Source: a virus
Reading direction: 5' to 3' (one strand)
Virus record (IMG/VR): IMGVR_UViG_3300045988_175028
DNA: 64,000 nt
Part shown: in pieces, positions 53,478 through 62,080 of the stretch
Layout: every line of letters begins with the position of its first letter
Position numbering within the stretch: position 1 is the stretch's first letter
Program-made: the position numbers and the translations under genes
The notes under the pieces: generated by a model
The model's database searches: none
The model's input: the letters and a program-made list of their open reading frames with translations, nothing else
Told to the model about the DNA's origin: nothing

Positions 53478-54563
53478 ATGGAACTTCAAAAGTTTCTAAT
53501 GGAGTATAAAGACGATTGGGAGGAAATCTTGGATAGAGAGCCTTATTGCCTAAAATGGAACAAGTGGAAAGGTTTCGTAAGTTTCAAGTATAACCAAATT
53601 CAGTCTGATTTTTCTAATCCAATTGTCCGCGAAGCCAGAGGAGCAGTCTTTGTGGAAGAAACTTGGGAGTGTGTATCTAGAGCATTTGATAAGTTCTTCA
53701 ACTATGGGGAACCTAATGCTTCTGCAGTTGATTGGACCACCGCGCGGATTATGGAGAAAATAGACGGGTCGCTGATGCGTCTTTTCTACTGGAAAGGCGA
53801 ATGGTATCTAGTTACCAATTCTGGTATCGATGCATATTCTGCACCGACTGGTAATGTGAATTATCCGACTTTTGGGCGTATTTTTGAGGAAGGTCTTCGG
53901 AATTTGGGATATAAAAGTTTAGAGGATTTTTGTAATAAACTAAACAAGTATCGGACTTATATGTTTGAGTTGGTTAGTCCTTATACTCGTGTAGTAATTC
54001 CCTATGAAAGTATTGGAATTTATTATCTTGGAGAGCGCAGAATGATAGATTATCAGGAGTTTTATTGTCCTCCTGTTTTTCCAGAGTTTTGTCATCCTAA
54101 ACTTTATAACTGTTCTAATCTTTTTGATTTGATTAGAATGGCGCAAGAGCTTCCTTGGGATAAAGAGGGCTATGTTGTATGCGATAAAAACTTCAATCGT
54201 ATCAAAGTTAAGTCTCCTCAGTATGTTCTTGCTCACTACGTCCGCAATAATAACGTAATTACAGAAGAGCGCCTAATGGAAGTAATCCTAAAAGGAGAAA
54301 TTGAAGAGTTTTCTTGCTACGCAAGTGAATATCTTCCCAAATTACAGGAACTTCAGAAGAGAAAATCTACTTTACAAGCAGAGGCTGAACTCCTTCGTTC
54401 TCTTCTCCAGTCCCAGTTCCATTTTACCTCCCGAAAGGAGTTCGCCTCTACTGTAAATAAAATTTCTAATCCAGTAATTCGCCAGTTTTGTTTTAGTGAT
54501 AAGACTTGGGAAGATATGACCAAAGATTGGTCTGCAAAAAAGTGGGTTGAGAAATTGAAGTAA
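53478..54563 (+). CDS. ATP-dependent RNA ligase
   Basis: ATG 53478 after AAAGGAGG. IMEKIDGSL (KxDG adenylation site), FELVSP and GYVV motifs. Confidence 0.65.
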   Translation: MELQKFLMEYKDDWEEILDREPYCLKWNKWKGFVSFKYNQIQSDFSNPIVREARGAVFVEETWECVSRAFDKFFNYGEPNASAVDWTTARIMEKIDGSLMRLFYWKGEWYLVTNSGIDAYSAPTGNVNYPTFGRIFEEGLRNLGYKSLEDFCNKLNKYRTYMFELVSPYTRVVIPYESIGIYYLGERRMIDYQEFYCPPVFPEFCHPKLYNCSNLFDLIRMAQELPWDKEGYVVCDKNFNRIKVKSPQYVLAHYVRNNNVITEERLMEVILKGEIEEFSCYASEYLPKLQELQKRKSTLQAEAELLRSLLQSQFHFTSRKEFASTVNKISNPVIRQFCFSDKTWEDMTKDWSAKKWVEKLK

Positions 54564-54591
54564 AAGATAAAACTGAAGGAGGATAAGTCTT

Positions 54592-55134
54592 ATGACACGT
54601 AAAAACTTAGTTCTCCTGTTGGCAATTATCTCATTTATCTGCCTGGGTTTTATTGCCCAGGCTAATTTTTTTATTACAAAAATTGATGCTATTGAAAGAG
54701 AAAATTCTAACTTGTCAGCAGAGAATACTAGTAAAGAGCAACAAATCCAAGAACTTGAGGAACGCAATCGCGCCTTAGAAGAAGAACTTCAAACTAAAAT
54801 AGTTTATTTTGAGGAAGAAGAAATTCTAGCAAAACTTCTATGGTGTGAAGCAGGAAATCAATCTTGGGAAGGGCAGGTATATACTTGTTCTGCTATTCTA
54901 AATTATTGTGAAAGAAACAATACCTCAATTTGGGATAGCGCACATAATATAAATGCTTTTGAGCCTGCACCATATGTTGATGACGCTGAACCAACAGCGA
55001 CACAATATGAGGTTATTTATTATGTATTGAATGGAGGGAGAATTCCTGATATTTGTTGGTTTAGAACCGGTCAATATCATGATTTTGGAACTCCAGTTGC
55101 AAAAGTTGGCGACCATTACTTTTCAAAGCCATAA
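54592..55134 (+). CDS. SleB-type cell-wall hydrolase with N-terminal signal-anchor
   Basis: TM segment LVLLLAIISFICLGFI, coiled coil, and LAKLLWCEAGNQSWEGQ...SAILN motif. Confidence 0.55.
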   Translation: MTRKNLVLLLAIISFICLGFIAQANFFITKIDAIERENSNLSAENTSKEQQIQELEERNRALEEELQTKIVYFEEEEILAKLLWCEAGNQSWEGQVYTCSAILNYCERNNTSIWDSAHNINAFEPAPYVDDAEPTATQYEVIYYVLNGGRIPDICWFRTGQYHDFGTPVAKVGDHYFSKP

Positions 55135-55135
55135 G

Positions 55136-55174
55136 AAAAGACCCTACACCTTAGAAGTGTAGGGTCTTTTTTTT
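55136..55174. terminator. bidirectional intrinsic terminator
   Basis: GACCCTACAC/GTGTAGGGTC plus T8. Confidence 0.75.
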
Positions 55175-55466
55175 ACTTTGTCAGAAGATTCCAAAGGTCA
55201 TCTATTGTTTTTAGAGGAATATCATTCCCATTTTCTGTTACAGTGCCTGGCTTCCATTTTTCTCCAAAGTTTAGTTCCCACATCCAGTAACCAATCCAAT
55301 CACACTTATCATCAAACTGGGCCTTCAGATATTTTGTAATCTCACTTTCAATTTCCATAACAGGACTATTTACAAAATCAATACCATAGTCTTTATATAA
55401 ATTACAAATATACTCACTATGATTTCTTACTGCATTGATAAGTTCTGAAAAATTCTCTTTGGTCAT
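55173..55466 (-). CDS. hypothetical protein
   Basis: Lone minus-strand ORF between terminators. GAGGAA RBS. Confidence 0.5.
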   Translation of the reverse strand: MTKENFSELINAVRNHSEYICNLYKDYGIDFVNSPVMEIESEITKYLKAQFDDKCDWIGYWMWELNFGEKWKPGTVTENGNDIPLKTIDDLWNLLTK

Positions 55467-55638
55467 AAATAATTCCTCGCTCTTTATAAATTCTTTATAT
55501 ATTTATTATAGCAGAAAATTCGACTTTTTCAAGTTTTCACTAAAAAGTGAGGGGAAGAAAGTTTCTTTTCTAAAATCTTGAAAAGAGGTTGAATAGTTTT
55601 TACTTATAATTTGAGGAATGAGTAAGGAGGAATTTTAT

Positions 55639-56178
55639 ATGCGATTACTTGATGAACGCACCTACGCATTCCAATGGGATAGCAATATCTATGTTGTTCT
55701 ACCAAAAGCAAACGTAGGTGACGAAGTCCATTTTGCTCATCGGAAGGATAAAAAATCATTAGTAGTAATAGCAAAAGAGATTGACACAACCGTGGTCGCA
55801 ATGGTTCCTAACTTGCTGTTACAAAAAGCCGGCTTTATTCAGATTTATCATTTTATAACAGATGAAAAAGGAAATAGAACTGTAAATAGAGAAGAATTAA
55901 AAGTCCTTGAAAAAGAGAAACCTGATGACTATTTATATGAAGAATCTCAGGTCTTATCTTGGGAATATTTAGATAAAAGAATTACGGCTCTTGAAAAAGG
56001 TGGCACGGGTTCAGGAGGTATTGGAACAGAAACTACTGTTGGTGGAGTAAAAAGTTCTAATGAACCTAATAAGATAAAAATTCTTGAAGATGGAACAATG
56101 GAAGTCAATCCGATTTCTTTTGAGAAGCTATATACTGAAGAGACAGGTGATGTGGTTATCTCAGGAGGAGGGGCGTAA
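55639..56178 (+). CDS. hypothetical structural-module protein
   Basis: ATG 55639 after AAGGAGG. Confidence 0.55.
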   Translation: MRLLDERTYAFQWDSNIYVVLPKANVGDEVHFAHRKDKKSLVVIAKEIDTTVVAMVPNLLLQKAGFIQIYHFITDEKGNRTVNREELKVLEKEKPDDYLYEESQVLSWEYLDKRITALEKGGTGSGGIGTETTVGGVKSSNEPNKIKILEDGTMEVNPISFEKLYTEETGDVVISGGGA

Positions 56179-56205
56179 TTTTAGAAAAGGAGGATAAATG
56201 AGTTT

Positions 56206-57447
56206 ATGGCAACTCTAAACATCCGCATCCAACTTCGCAACGATACGGCTGAAAATTGGACTAGTGCTAATCCAGTTTTGCTAAAAGGCGAAATGGGTGT
56301 TGAAATTGATACTGGAAAAACAAAAATTGGTAATGGTACTGATAACTGGAAAACTTTGAAGTATTCTGGTGTAGATGAGGATACCATCAAGGGAATTATT
56401 GACAATAATCGTAGTGCTTTTACAGAAGTAACTCCTAATGAGGGAGAGACTGATGCCCAAGCACTGGCACGCGTCATTACTAATCCTAAGAAGGGAGATA
56501 TGGCAGTTGTAGTAAGAACTTTTGTAGAAGGTAAACAATCTTATACTGCTTATATCCATGATGGTACTGGTTTCAAAGCTATGGATGGTAATTATTCTGC
56601 GGAGAATGTTTATTTTGATAAAGACCTAAAATTGACGGAAGCATTTGGTCGTTATAAGCCCGATGCATCTGGTTCTGTTAAAGTTCCATCCACCGGTCAG
56701 AGTGTTTATAGTCTAATTGATGATGCTTTCTCTCAGTCTAGAAATCCCACCACTACTCAACCTAGTGCTTCAGTTAGTATTACGGCCAATAGTGGTACTT
56801 TTGAAATAGGTACAAAAAAGAACCTAACTTATAGTGCCTCTTTGAATACTGGGGCTTATTCTTATGGCCCTACTCCTACAGGAGTTAGTGCTACAACTTA
56901 TACAGCTACTTGCGACGGAAAGACTCTAACAGGTGCAACTGGTACATTTGAAAATATTGTAGCAGATGGAACAAAAAAGATTAGTATTTCTATCGCTCAC
57001 TCTGCTGGTAGTATTCCTAAAACGAATAAGGGGGCAGATTATGCAGATGGTCAAATTAAAGCTGGCACCAAAACAGCCACTTCTAGTCAAGCCTTAATTG
57101 GCGTCCGTTATATGTTCTGGGGCCCGATGACTGAGGATGTCGCTCTAAATTCTGCAAATATTCGTGCTTTGGCTCATAACAAGGCAAGTGGCACTGGTAA
57201 TCTTTCCACTTTCGGAGCTGGTGCGGGAGCCAAAAAGGTAGTGGTAGCTGTCCCTGCTGGCCGGAGAATTACTAAAGTAATAATGCCCAGCGCGCTAAAT
57301 GCTGATGTCACTTCTCTATTCGTAAAGCAAGGCACACAAGTTCAGGTTCAAGGTGCTAATGCTTACGCTGCTGCTGCCTATGATGTATATGTTTATCAAC
57401 CTGCTTCTATTGATGCTGGTGAAACATATACCGTAACTATTGGTTGA
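56206..57447 (+). CDS. tail-fibre-like protein
   Basis: N-terminus IRIQLRNDTAENWTSANPVLLKGEMGVEIDTGKTKIGNGTDNWKTL is a motif common at phage fibre/hyaluronidase N-termini. Confidence 0.55.
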   Translation: MATLNIRIQLRNDTAENWTSANPVLLKGEMGVEIDTGKTKIGNGTDNWKTLKYSGVDEDTIKGIIDNNRSAFTEVTPNEGETDAQALARVITNPKKGDMAVVVRTFVEGKQSYTAYIHDGTGFKAMDGNYSAENVYFDKDLKLTEAFGRYKPDASGSVKVPSTGQSVYSLIDDAFSQSRNPTTTQPSASVSITANSGTFEIGTKKNLTYSASLNTGAYSYGPTPTGVSATTYTATCDGKTLTGATGTFENIVADGTKKISISIAHSAGSIPKTNKGADYADGQIKAGTKTATSSQALIGVRYMFWGPMTEDVALNSANIRALAHNKASGTGNLSTFGAGAGAKKVVVAVPAGRRITKVIMPSALNADVTSLFVKQGTQVQVQGANAYAAAAYDVYVYQPASIDAGETYTVTIG

Positions 57448-57465
57448 TAAGGAGGGAAATAGACA

Positions 57466-60186
57466 ATGGCTGTTATTATGAATGATGCCGCTTATATGGG
57501 TTTCCCTCTTAGTATAAAGCGTGGAAACCCTGCACCTGTTGATACAACTGCTGTTTGGTATAGTAAGACTGAACTAGAAGCTTATGCAAAATCTGGTGCT
57601 ACTGCTTATGTTGGTCAAATTTTGACCTTAGTTGCTGACAATAAGTGTGAAGCCTTCATGATTTCTAATGAGGCTGGTACGCTTATCAAGTTAGCTCAAA
57701 CCACTGCTTCTGGCGACCTCGCGCATGATGTCGCTACGCTACAAGGCCAAGTTGCAGACCTAATTTCTAAGGTTGGTGCTGAGGCAGGTACTGATACCGA
57801 AGCTACTGGTCTTTATAAAGAAATTGCTGATGTTCTTGCTGTTGCTAATGGAAAGGTTGGTAGTGTCAAGGCTACTGATGCTTCTGTAGTAATTGGCGGA
57901 ACTCCTACTGCTCCCACTGTTGGCATTCAGGTATCAAAGGGTGAGGGCAATGCACTTACTCTTGAGGCCGACGGTCTCAAGGTTTTGGTTCCTGATGTAA
58001 TCCATCCTGAGTATTCTGTTGTTGCCGATAAGAATCCTGGGAGCTTCTCTGCGGTTTATCATCTAACCAAGGATGGAGCGAACGTTGGTGCCGCAATCAA
58101 TATCCCCAAGGATATGGTTGTGAGTTCTGGTTCTGTAGAAACATATAATACTGGTAATCTACCTACTGGCGTAACCGTGGCTGGTACTTATATTGTTCTC
58201 ACTCTTGCCAATGCTACGAGTGATAAGCTTTACATCAAAGTTGATGACCTAATTGAGTATGTAACGGGTGGTTCTGGTGAAAACGATGCCATCCAAATCA
58301 ATGTTACTTCTGATACTCATAAGGTTTCTGCATCCGTCAAAAATGGCTCTCTAACCCTAGCAATGCTAAGCTCCGCTGTTCAGGCTTCTCTAAAGAAAGC
58401 AGACAGTGCAGTTCAAAGTGTTGCCGAAGGTACTACTAATGGTACTATTTCTGTAGATGGTACTGATGTTGCTGTTCATGGTTTACAGAATGGCGCTTAT
58501 GCCACTGTAAAGTCCTTGAATGATACAGCTCAAGGCTATGCTACCGCCGTAAAGACCGAACTAGTCGGTGCTGATTCTGATGAAGCTTCTGCTTCCACAA
58601 TTGCTGGGGCAAAGAAATATGCTGATAGTGTTTCTGCTACTGCTAAATCTGAGGCTATTGCCGGTGCCCAAGCTAAGATTGAGACGCTAGATGTACCTGA
58701 TAAAGCCGTTGCCAAAAAGTTCGTTAGCGCAGTTAGTGAGACCGACGGTAAGATTACGGTTAGCCGTCGCGAGCTAGTTGCAGACGATGTACCCACCTTG
58801 GGTATTTCCAAGATTGACGGACTACAGACTGCACTAGACGCCAAGCAAAATGAACTAGTATTCAATACTGCTTATGATAGTTCTACTAATAAAGTAGCTA
58901 CCATGACAGATGTTGGAAATGCTAAAGATGCTTTAGTCGGAACTGATGCTGATACCAAAGCTTCTAATACCATCAAAGGTGCTAAGCTTTATGCTGATGA
59001 CAAGGCCTCTTCTACTCTAGCTGATGCCAAGGCTTACGCCGATGGTCTTGTTGCTGGCGATTCTGGTATTACTAAGCGAGTAGATGCCCTTGAAGCAAAG
59101 GTAGATACTACTGGTAAAGTTTCTAAAGCGATTGCCACTGCAAAGACTGAAGCTATTACTACGGCTGGAACTAATGCTGATACAAAGATTTCTGCCACTA
59201 AGACCGAAATTCTTGGTGAAGAAGGATATCAGCAAACTGTAAAGTCTGCCTATGAACTAGCTGAAACAAAAGCCACCTTAGCAGAAGCCGTGGCAGAAAT
59301 CGAAAAGAAAAATTATGCTACTAAGGCTGAGGCCCAAGGTTATGCCAATGCCAAAGACACAGCTATCGCCAATGCTAAGAAAGCTGGTACTGATGCTCAG
59401 GGTGCAGTAGATGCTCTTTCTAAGAAAGTTGGCTCCATTCCCGAAGGCTCAAAAGCCACTACGGTAGTTGGTTATGTCGATGAAAAGATTGGTGCTATTC
59501 CTGCCCAAACTGATTATACCGTAACGGTTACTCCTTCTACTGTTGAAGGTCTAGCAAAGCGCTATACAGTCCATCAGGAAGCCACTGGCCTCGATGTGAA
59601 TATTGATATTCCTACCGATATGGTAGTGAAGTCTGGTGCGGTTGTCACTAATCCTGCTGGTCAAACCGCTGGCACTTATCTGGTCCTAACTCTCGCGAAT
59701 GCTACTAATGATAAAGTTTATATCAATGTTGGTAATTTGATTGAGTATGTGACTAGTGGTTCTAGCGCTACCGATATGGTAAAAATCGCAGTCAGCGCTG
59801 ACCACAAGGTAACTGCTTCTATTACTGATGGAAGTATTACTAAGGCTAAGTTAGCTACTGCGGTACAGGGTAGTCTTGATAAAGCCGATAGCGCTATTCA
59901 GCAAGCCGGTCTAACTACCGCTCTTGAGCCTTATGCTAAGACGGCTGACGTAGCCAAAGGCTATGTTGCCAAGGAGATTGGTAAGCGTCTAATGAGTGAT
60001 GCCGAAGGCACTAAGCTTGAAGGTATTGAAACTGGCGCGCAGGTCAATAAAATTGAAAGCATCAAGGTAGGCGGAACTGCTTTGAAGATTACTGAGAAAG
60101 CAGTAAATATCTCCCAGATTTCTACCGATCTTTTGATAAATGGTACTGAGACTTTGATTCTAAATTGCGGAAACGCTAACGAGTAA
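57466..60186 (+). CDS. 906-aa fibrous (Ala-rich coiled-coil) tail/head fibre protein with an internal domain duplication
   Basis: Long Ala/Thr/Lys repeats and two roughly 100-aa homologous domains. Confidence 0.6.
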   Translation: MAVIMNDAAYMGFPLSIKRGNPAPVDTTAVWYSKTELEAYAKSGATAYVGQILTLVADNKCEAFMISNEAGTLIKLAQTTASGDLAHDVATLQGQVADLISKVGAEAGTDTEATGLYKEIADVLAVANGKVGSVKATDASVVIGGTPTAPTVGIQVSKGEGNALTLEADGLKVLVPDVIHPEYSVVADKNPGSFSAVYHLTKDGANVGAAINIPKDMVVSSGSVETYNTGNLPTGVTVAGTYIVLTLANATSDKLYIKVDDLIEYVTGGSGENDAIQINVTSDTHKVSASVKNGSLTLAMLSSAVQASLKKADSAVQSVAEGTTNGTISVDGTDVAVHGLQNGAYATVKSLNDTAQGYATAVKTELVGADSDEASASTIAGAKKYADSVSATAKSEAIAGAQAKIETLDVPDKAVAKKFVSAVSETDGKITVSRRELVADDVPTLGISKIDGLQTALDAKQNELVFNTAYDSSTNKVATMTDVGNAKDALVGTDADTKASNTIKGAKLYADDKASSTLADAKAYADGLVAGDSGITKRVDALEAKVDTTGKVSKAIATAKTEAITTAGTNADTKISATKTEILGEEGYQQTVKSAYELAETKATLAEAVAEIEKKNYATKAEAQGYANAKDTAIANAKKAGTDAQGAVDALSKKVGSIPEGSKATTVVGYVDEKIGAIPAQTDYTVTVTPSTVEGLAKRYTVHQEATGLDVNIDIPTDMVVKSGAVVTNPAGQTAGTYLVLTLANATNDKVYINVGNLIEYVTSGSSATDMVKIAVSADHKVTASITDGSITKAKLATAVQGSLDKADSAIQQAGLTTALEPYAKTADVAKGYVAKEIGKRLMSDAEGTKLEGIETGAQVNKIESIKVGGTALKITEKAVNISQISTDLLINGTETLILNCGNANE
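58104..58425 (+). repeat. fibre domain repeat copy 1
   Basis: PKDMVVSSGSV...TYIVLTLANATSDKLYIKVDDLIEYVTGGS...ADSAVQ. Confidence 0.7.
59611..59901 (+). repeat. fibre domain repeat copy 2
   Basis: PTDMVVKSGAV...TYLVLTLANATNDKVYINVGNLIEYVTSGS...ADSAIQ. Confidence 0.7.
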
Positions 60187-60226
60187 ATGTATAGGTGGGG
60201 AGTTTCGGCTCCCCACATCTTAAAAC

Positions 60227-60255
60227 TTGAAATTTTACAAAATTTACGATATAAT
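60227..60255 (+). promoter_or_regulatory. consensus phage promoter
   Basis: TTGAAATTTTACAAAATTTACGATATAATATAATAAAGTAGGGAG. Confidence 0.65.
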
Positions 60256-60339
60256 ATAATAAAGTAGGGAGATAATTCCCAACTGGTTTGAAAGCGATAG
60301 CCGGTATTTATTGCCTTGAAATGATAGGTTAGAAAGAAG

Positions 60340-60377
60340 CAGACTTCAGGCCAGTTTAGGTGAGGTCTGTTTATTTT
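60340..60377 (+). terminator. intrinsic terminator inside the leader of the fibre operon (attenuator or sRNA end)
   Basis: 9-bp stem CAGACTTCA/TGAGGTCTG plus TTTATTTT, 20 nt before the RBS of the 60398 ORF. Confidence 0.6.
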
Positions 60378-60397
60378 ATGCCTATAAGGAGGTAAGA

Positions 60398-60649
60398 ATG
60401 GCGAATAAGGAAATAAAAACCAGGATTCAGAACAAAAATGATACCTCTGAAAACTGGGCAAAAGCGGTAAATTTCGTCCCTCTAAAGGGAGAAATCATTA
60501 TTTATAATGATACTTTACAATTTAAAATTGGGGATGGAACGACTTTACTTTCTCAGTTAGAATTTACAGATAAAGAATTTACTTCTGAAGAAATTAGTAC
60601 CTTATATGGAAGTAGTAGCGTTGAACTATCTGAGGAAGTCACGCTATGA
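60398..60649 (+). CDS. small fibre-N-terminal-motif protein
   Basis: TRIQNKNDTSENW...KIGDGTTLLSQL. TAAGGAGG RBS. Confidence 0.55.
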   Translation: MANKEIKTRIQNKNDTSENWAKAVNFVPLKGEIIIYNDTLQFKIGDGTTLLSQLEFTDKEFTSEEISTLYGSSSVELSEEVTL

Positions 60650-61802
60650 GTAAAGTTTTATGTGAAAAAAGTGATTTGGTTGCTATTGTTGATTCAGTTA
60701 GAAATAAAACTGGAACTACTGATGGAATGAGAGTAAGTGAAATCCCTCAGAAGATTGAAGCGATAGAGACTGGGAGCAATATAAATCTTCAAGAAAAAGC
60801 TCTTACTATTACCTCTAATGGTATCACCACTGTCACTCCGGACACCAGCTATGATGCGCTAAGCAAAGTGGATGTAACAGTAAGCGTGGTTGGCGACGGA
60901 GGTCCGCCGACAGGCCCTTATATAGAGTATACATCCCTCAACAGTTCTGGTAGAGTGTTTACTGCTAAATTTCGAGGAACCATTGTTCCAGAGTATGCAT
61001 TCGCTTATTTGGCGGAATTGACATCAGTAGATATGCCAGACAATGTAATTGCAATTAGTGATAATGGTTTTTATCGCTGCCCAAAGCTCCAATTAACAAG
61101 TCTCCCACCCAGAATTACCTCACTCGGAGATTTTGCATTCTCTGATTGTTCAAAGCTAGCGTTAACAAGCCTCCCTTCTGGAATCACCTCAATAGGAGAC
61201 CAGGCATTTAGGGATTGCTTTAGTCTCGCATTGACAGGTCTTCCTTCTAGAATTACCTCAATCGGAGATTACACATTTAGGAATTGTTCAAAGATGGTAC
61301 TAACAAGTCTCCCTTCTGGGATTACTTCAATCGGAGATTTTGCGTTTCTAAATTGTTACCAACTATCATTGACGGTCCTACCCTCTGGAATTACCTCGAT
61401 CGGACAGTATGCATTCAACAACTGCCCAAAGCTCGCATTGACGACCCTGCCCTCTGGGATTACTTCATTGCCAACAGCCGCATTTCAGTACTGCCCAAAG
61501 CTCGCATTGACGACCTTCCCGTCTGGAATGACCTCGATTGGAGCTTATGCATTTAGGCAGGGTACAGGTCTCGCATCAATAACCCTTCCCCCGCACTCAC
61601 TACAATCGGAGATTTTGCATTTGCCAATTGTACTGGGTTAGAAACGGTTAGATTTACGAGCACGGTATCCTCAATCCCAAATGGAGTATTTTCCGGATGC
61701 CCAAAACTGTCTACCATTTATGTTCCGTGGTCGCAGGGGCAAGTAGCAAATGCTCCTTGGGGTGCGAGCAATGCCACCATTATTTACGATTATACTGATT
61801 GA
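60646..61802 (+). CDS. BspA-type leucine-rich-repeat receptor-binding-like protein, reading frame broken at a C5 run
   Basis: About 9 LRR units of LTSLPSGITSIGDxAFxNCxKLA. After CCCCC (61588-92) the repeat pattern continues in the -1 frame to TGA 61800-02. Confidence 0.6.
61075..61650 (+). repeat. tandem 69-bp coding repeats (LRR units)
   Basis: 23-codon periodicity visible in DNA and protein. Confidence 0.75.
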
Positions 61803-61908
61803 GAGCAACACCCAGATACTGAGTAATTCATTACCAAATAAAGTTAAAAAATTCTTCGAACAATAAAAAATGATTATTTTAGTATTTTATAAATAGGAGA
61901 GAAGAAAA

Positions 61909-62076
61909 ATGAAAATTTTAGGAGAGAACTCTCTCAAAACTCTTATCTCTTTAATTAGAGGAGAAGTAGCCCTAAAACAAGACAAAATTATGTCAACCGT
62001 AACCTCCGTCCCTACAACAAAACAAACCCCCATTATCTATAATAGTAGTGATGGAAAATACTACTTATGGAGGTAA
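61909..62076 (+). CDS. hypothetical 55-aa protein (not in ORF track)
   Basis: AGGAGAGAAGAAAAATG. Stop lies just before the next RBS. Confidence 0.45.
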   Translation: MKILGENSLKTLISLIRGEVALKQDKIMSTVTSVPTTKQTPIIYNSSDGKYYLWR

Positions 62077-62080
62077 GATA

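Noticed and set aside
61075-61650. CRISPR-like array, because of regular 69-bp repeats.
   Set aside because: The repeats are contiguous with no spacers, are in frame, and encode LRR units. No CRISPR array is visible anywhere in the window.
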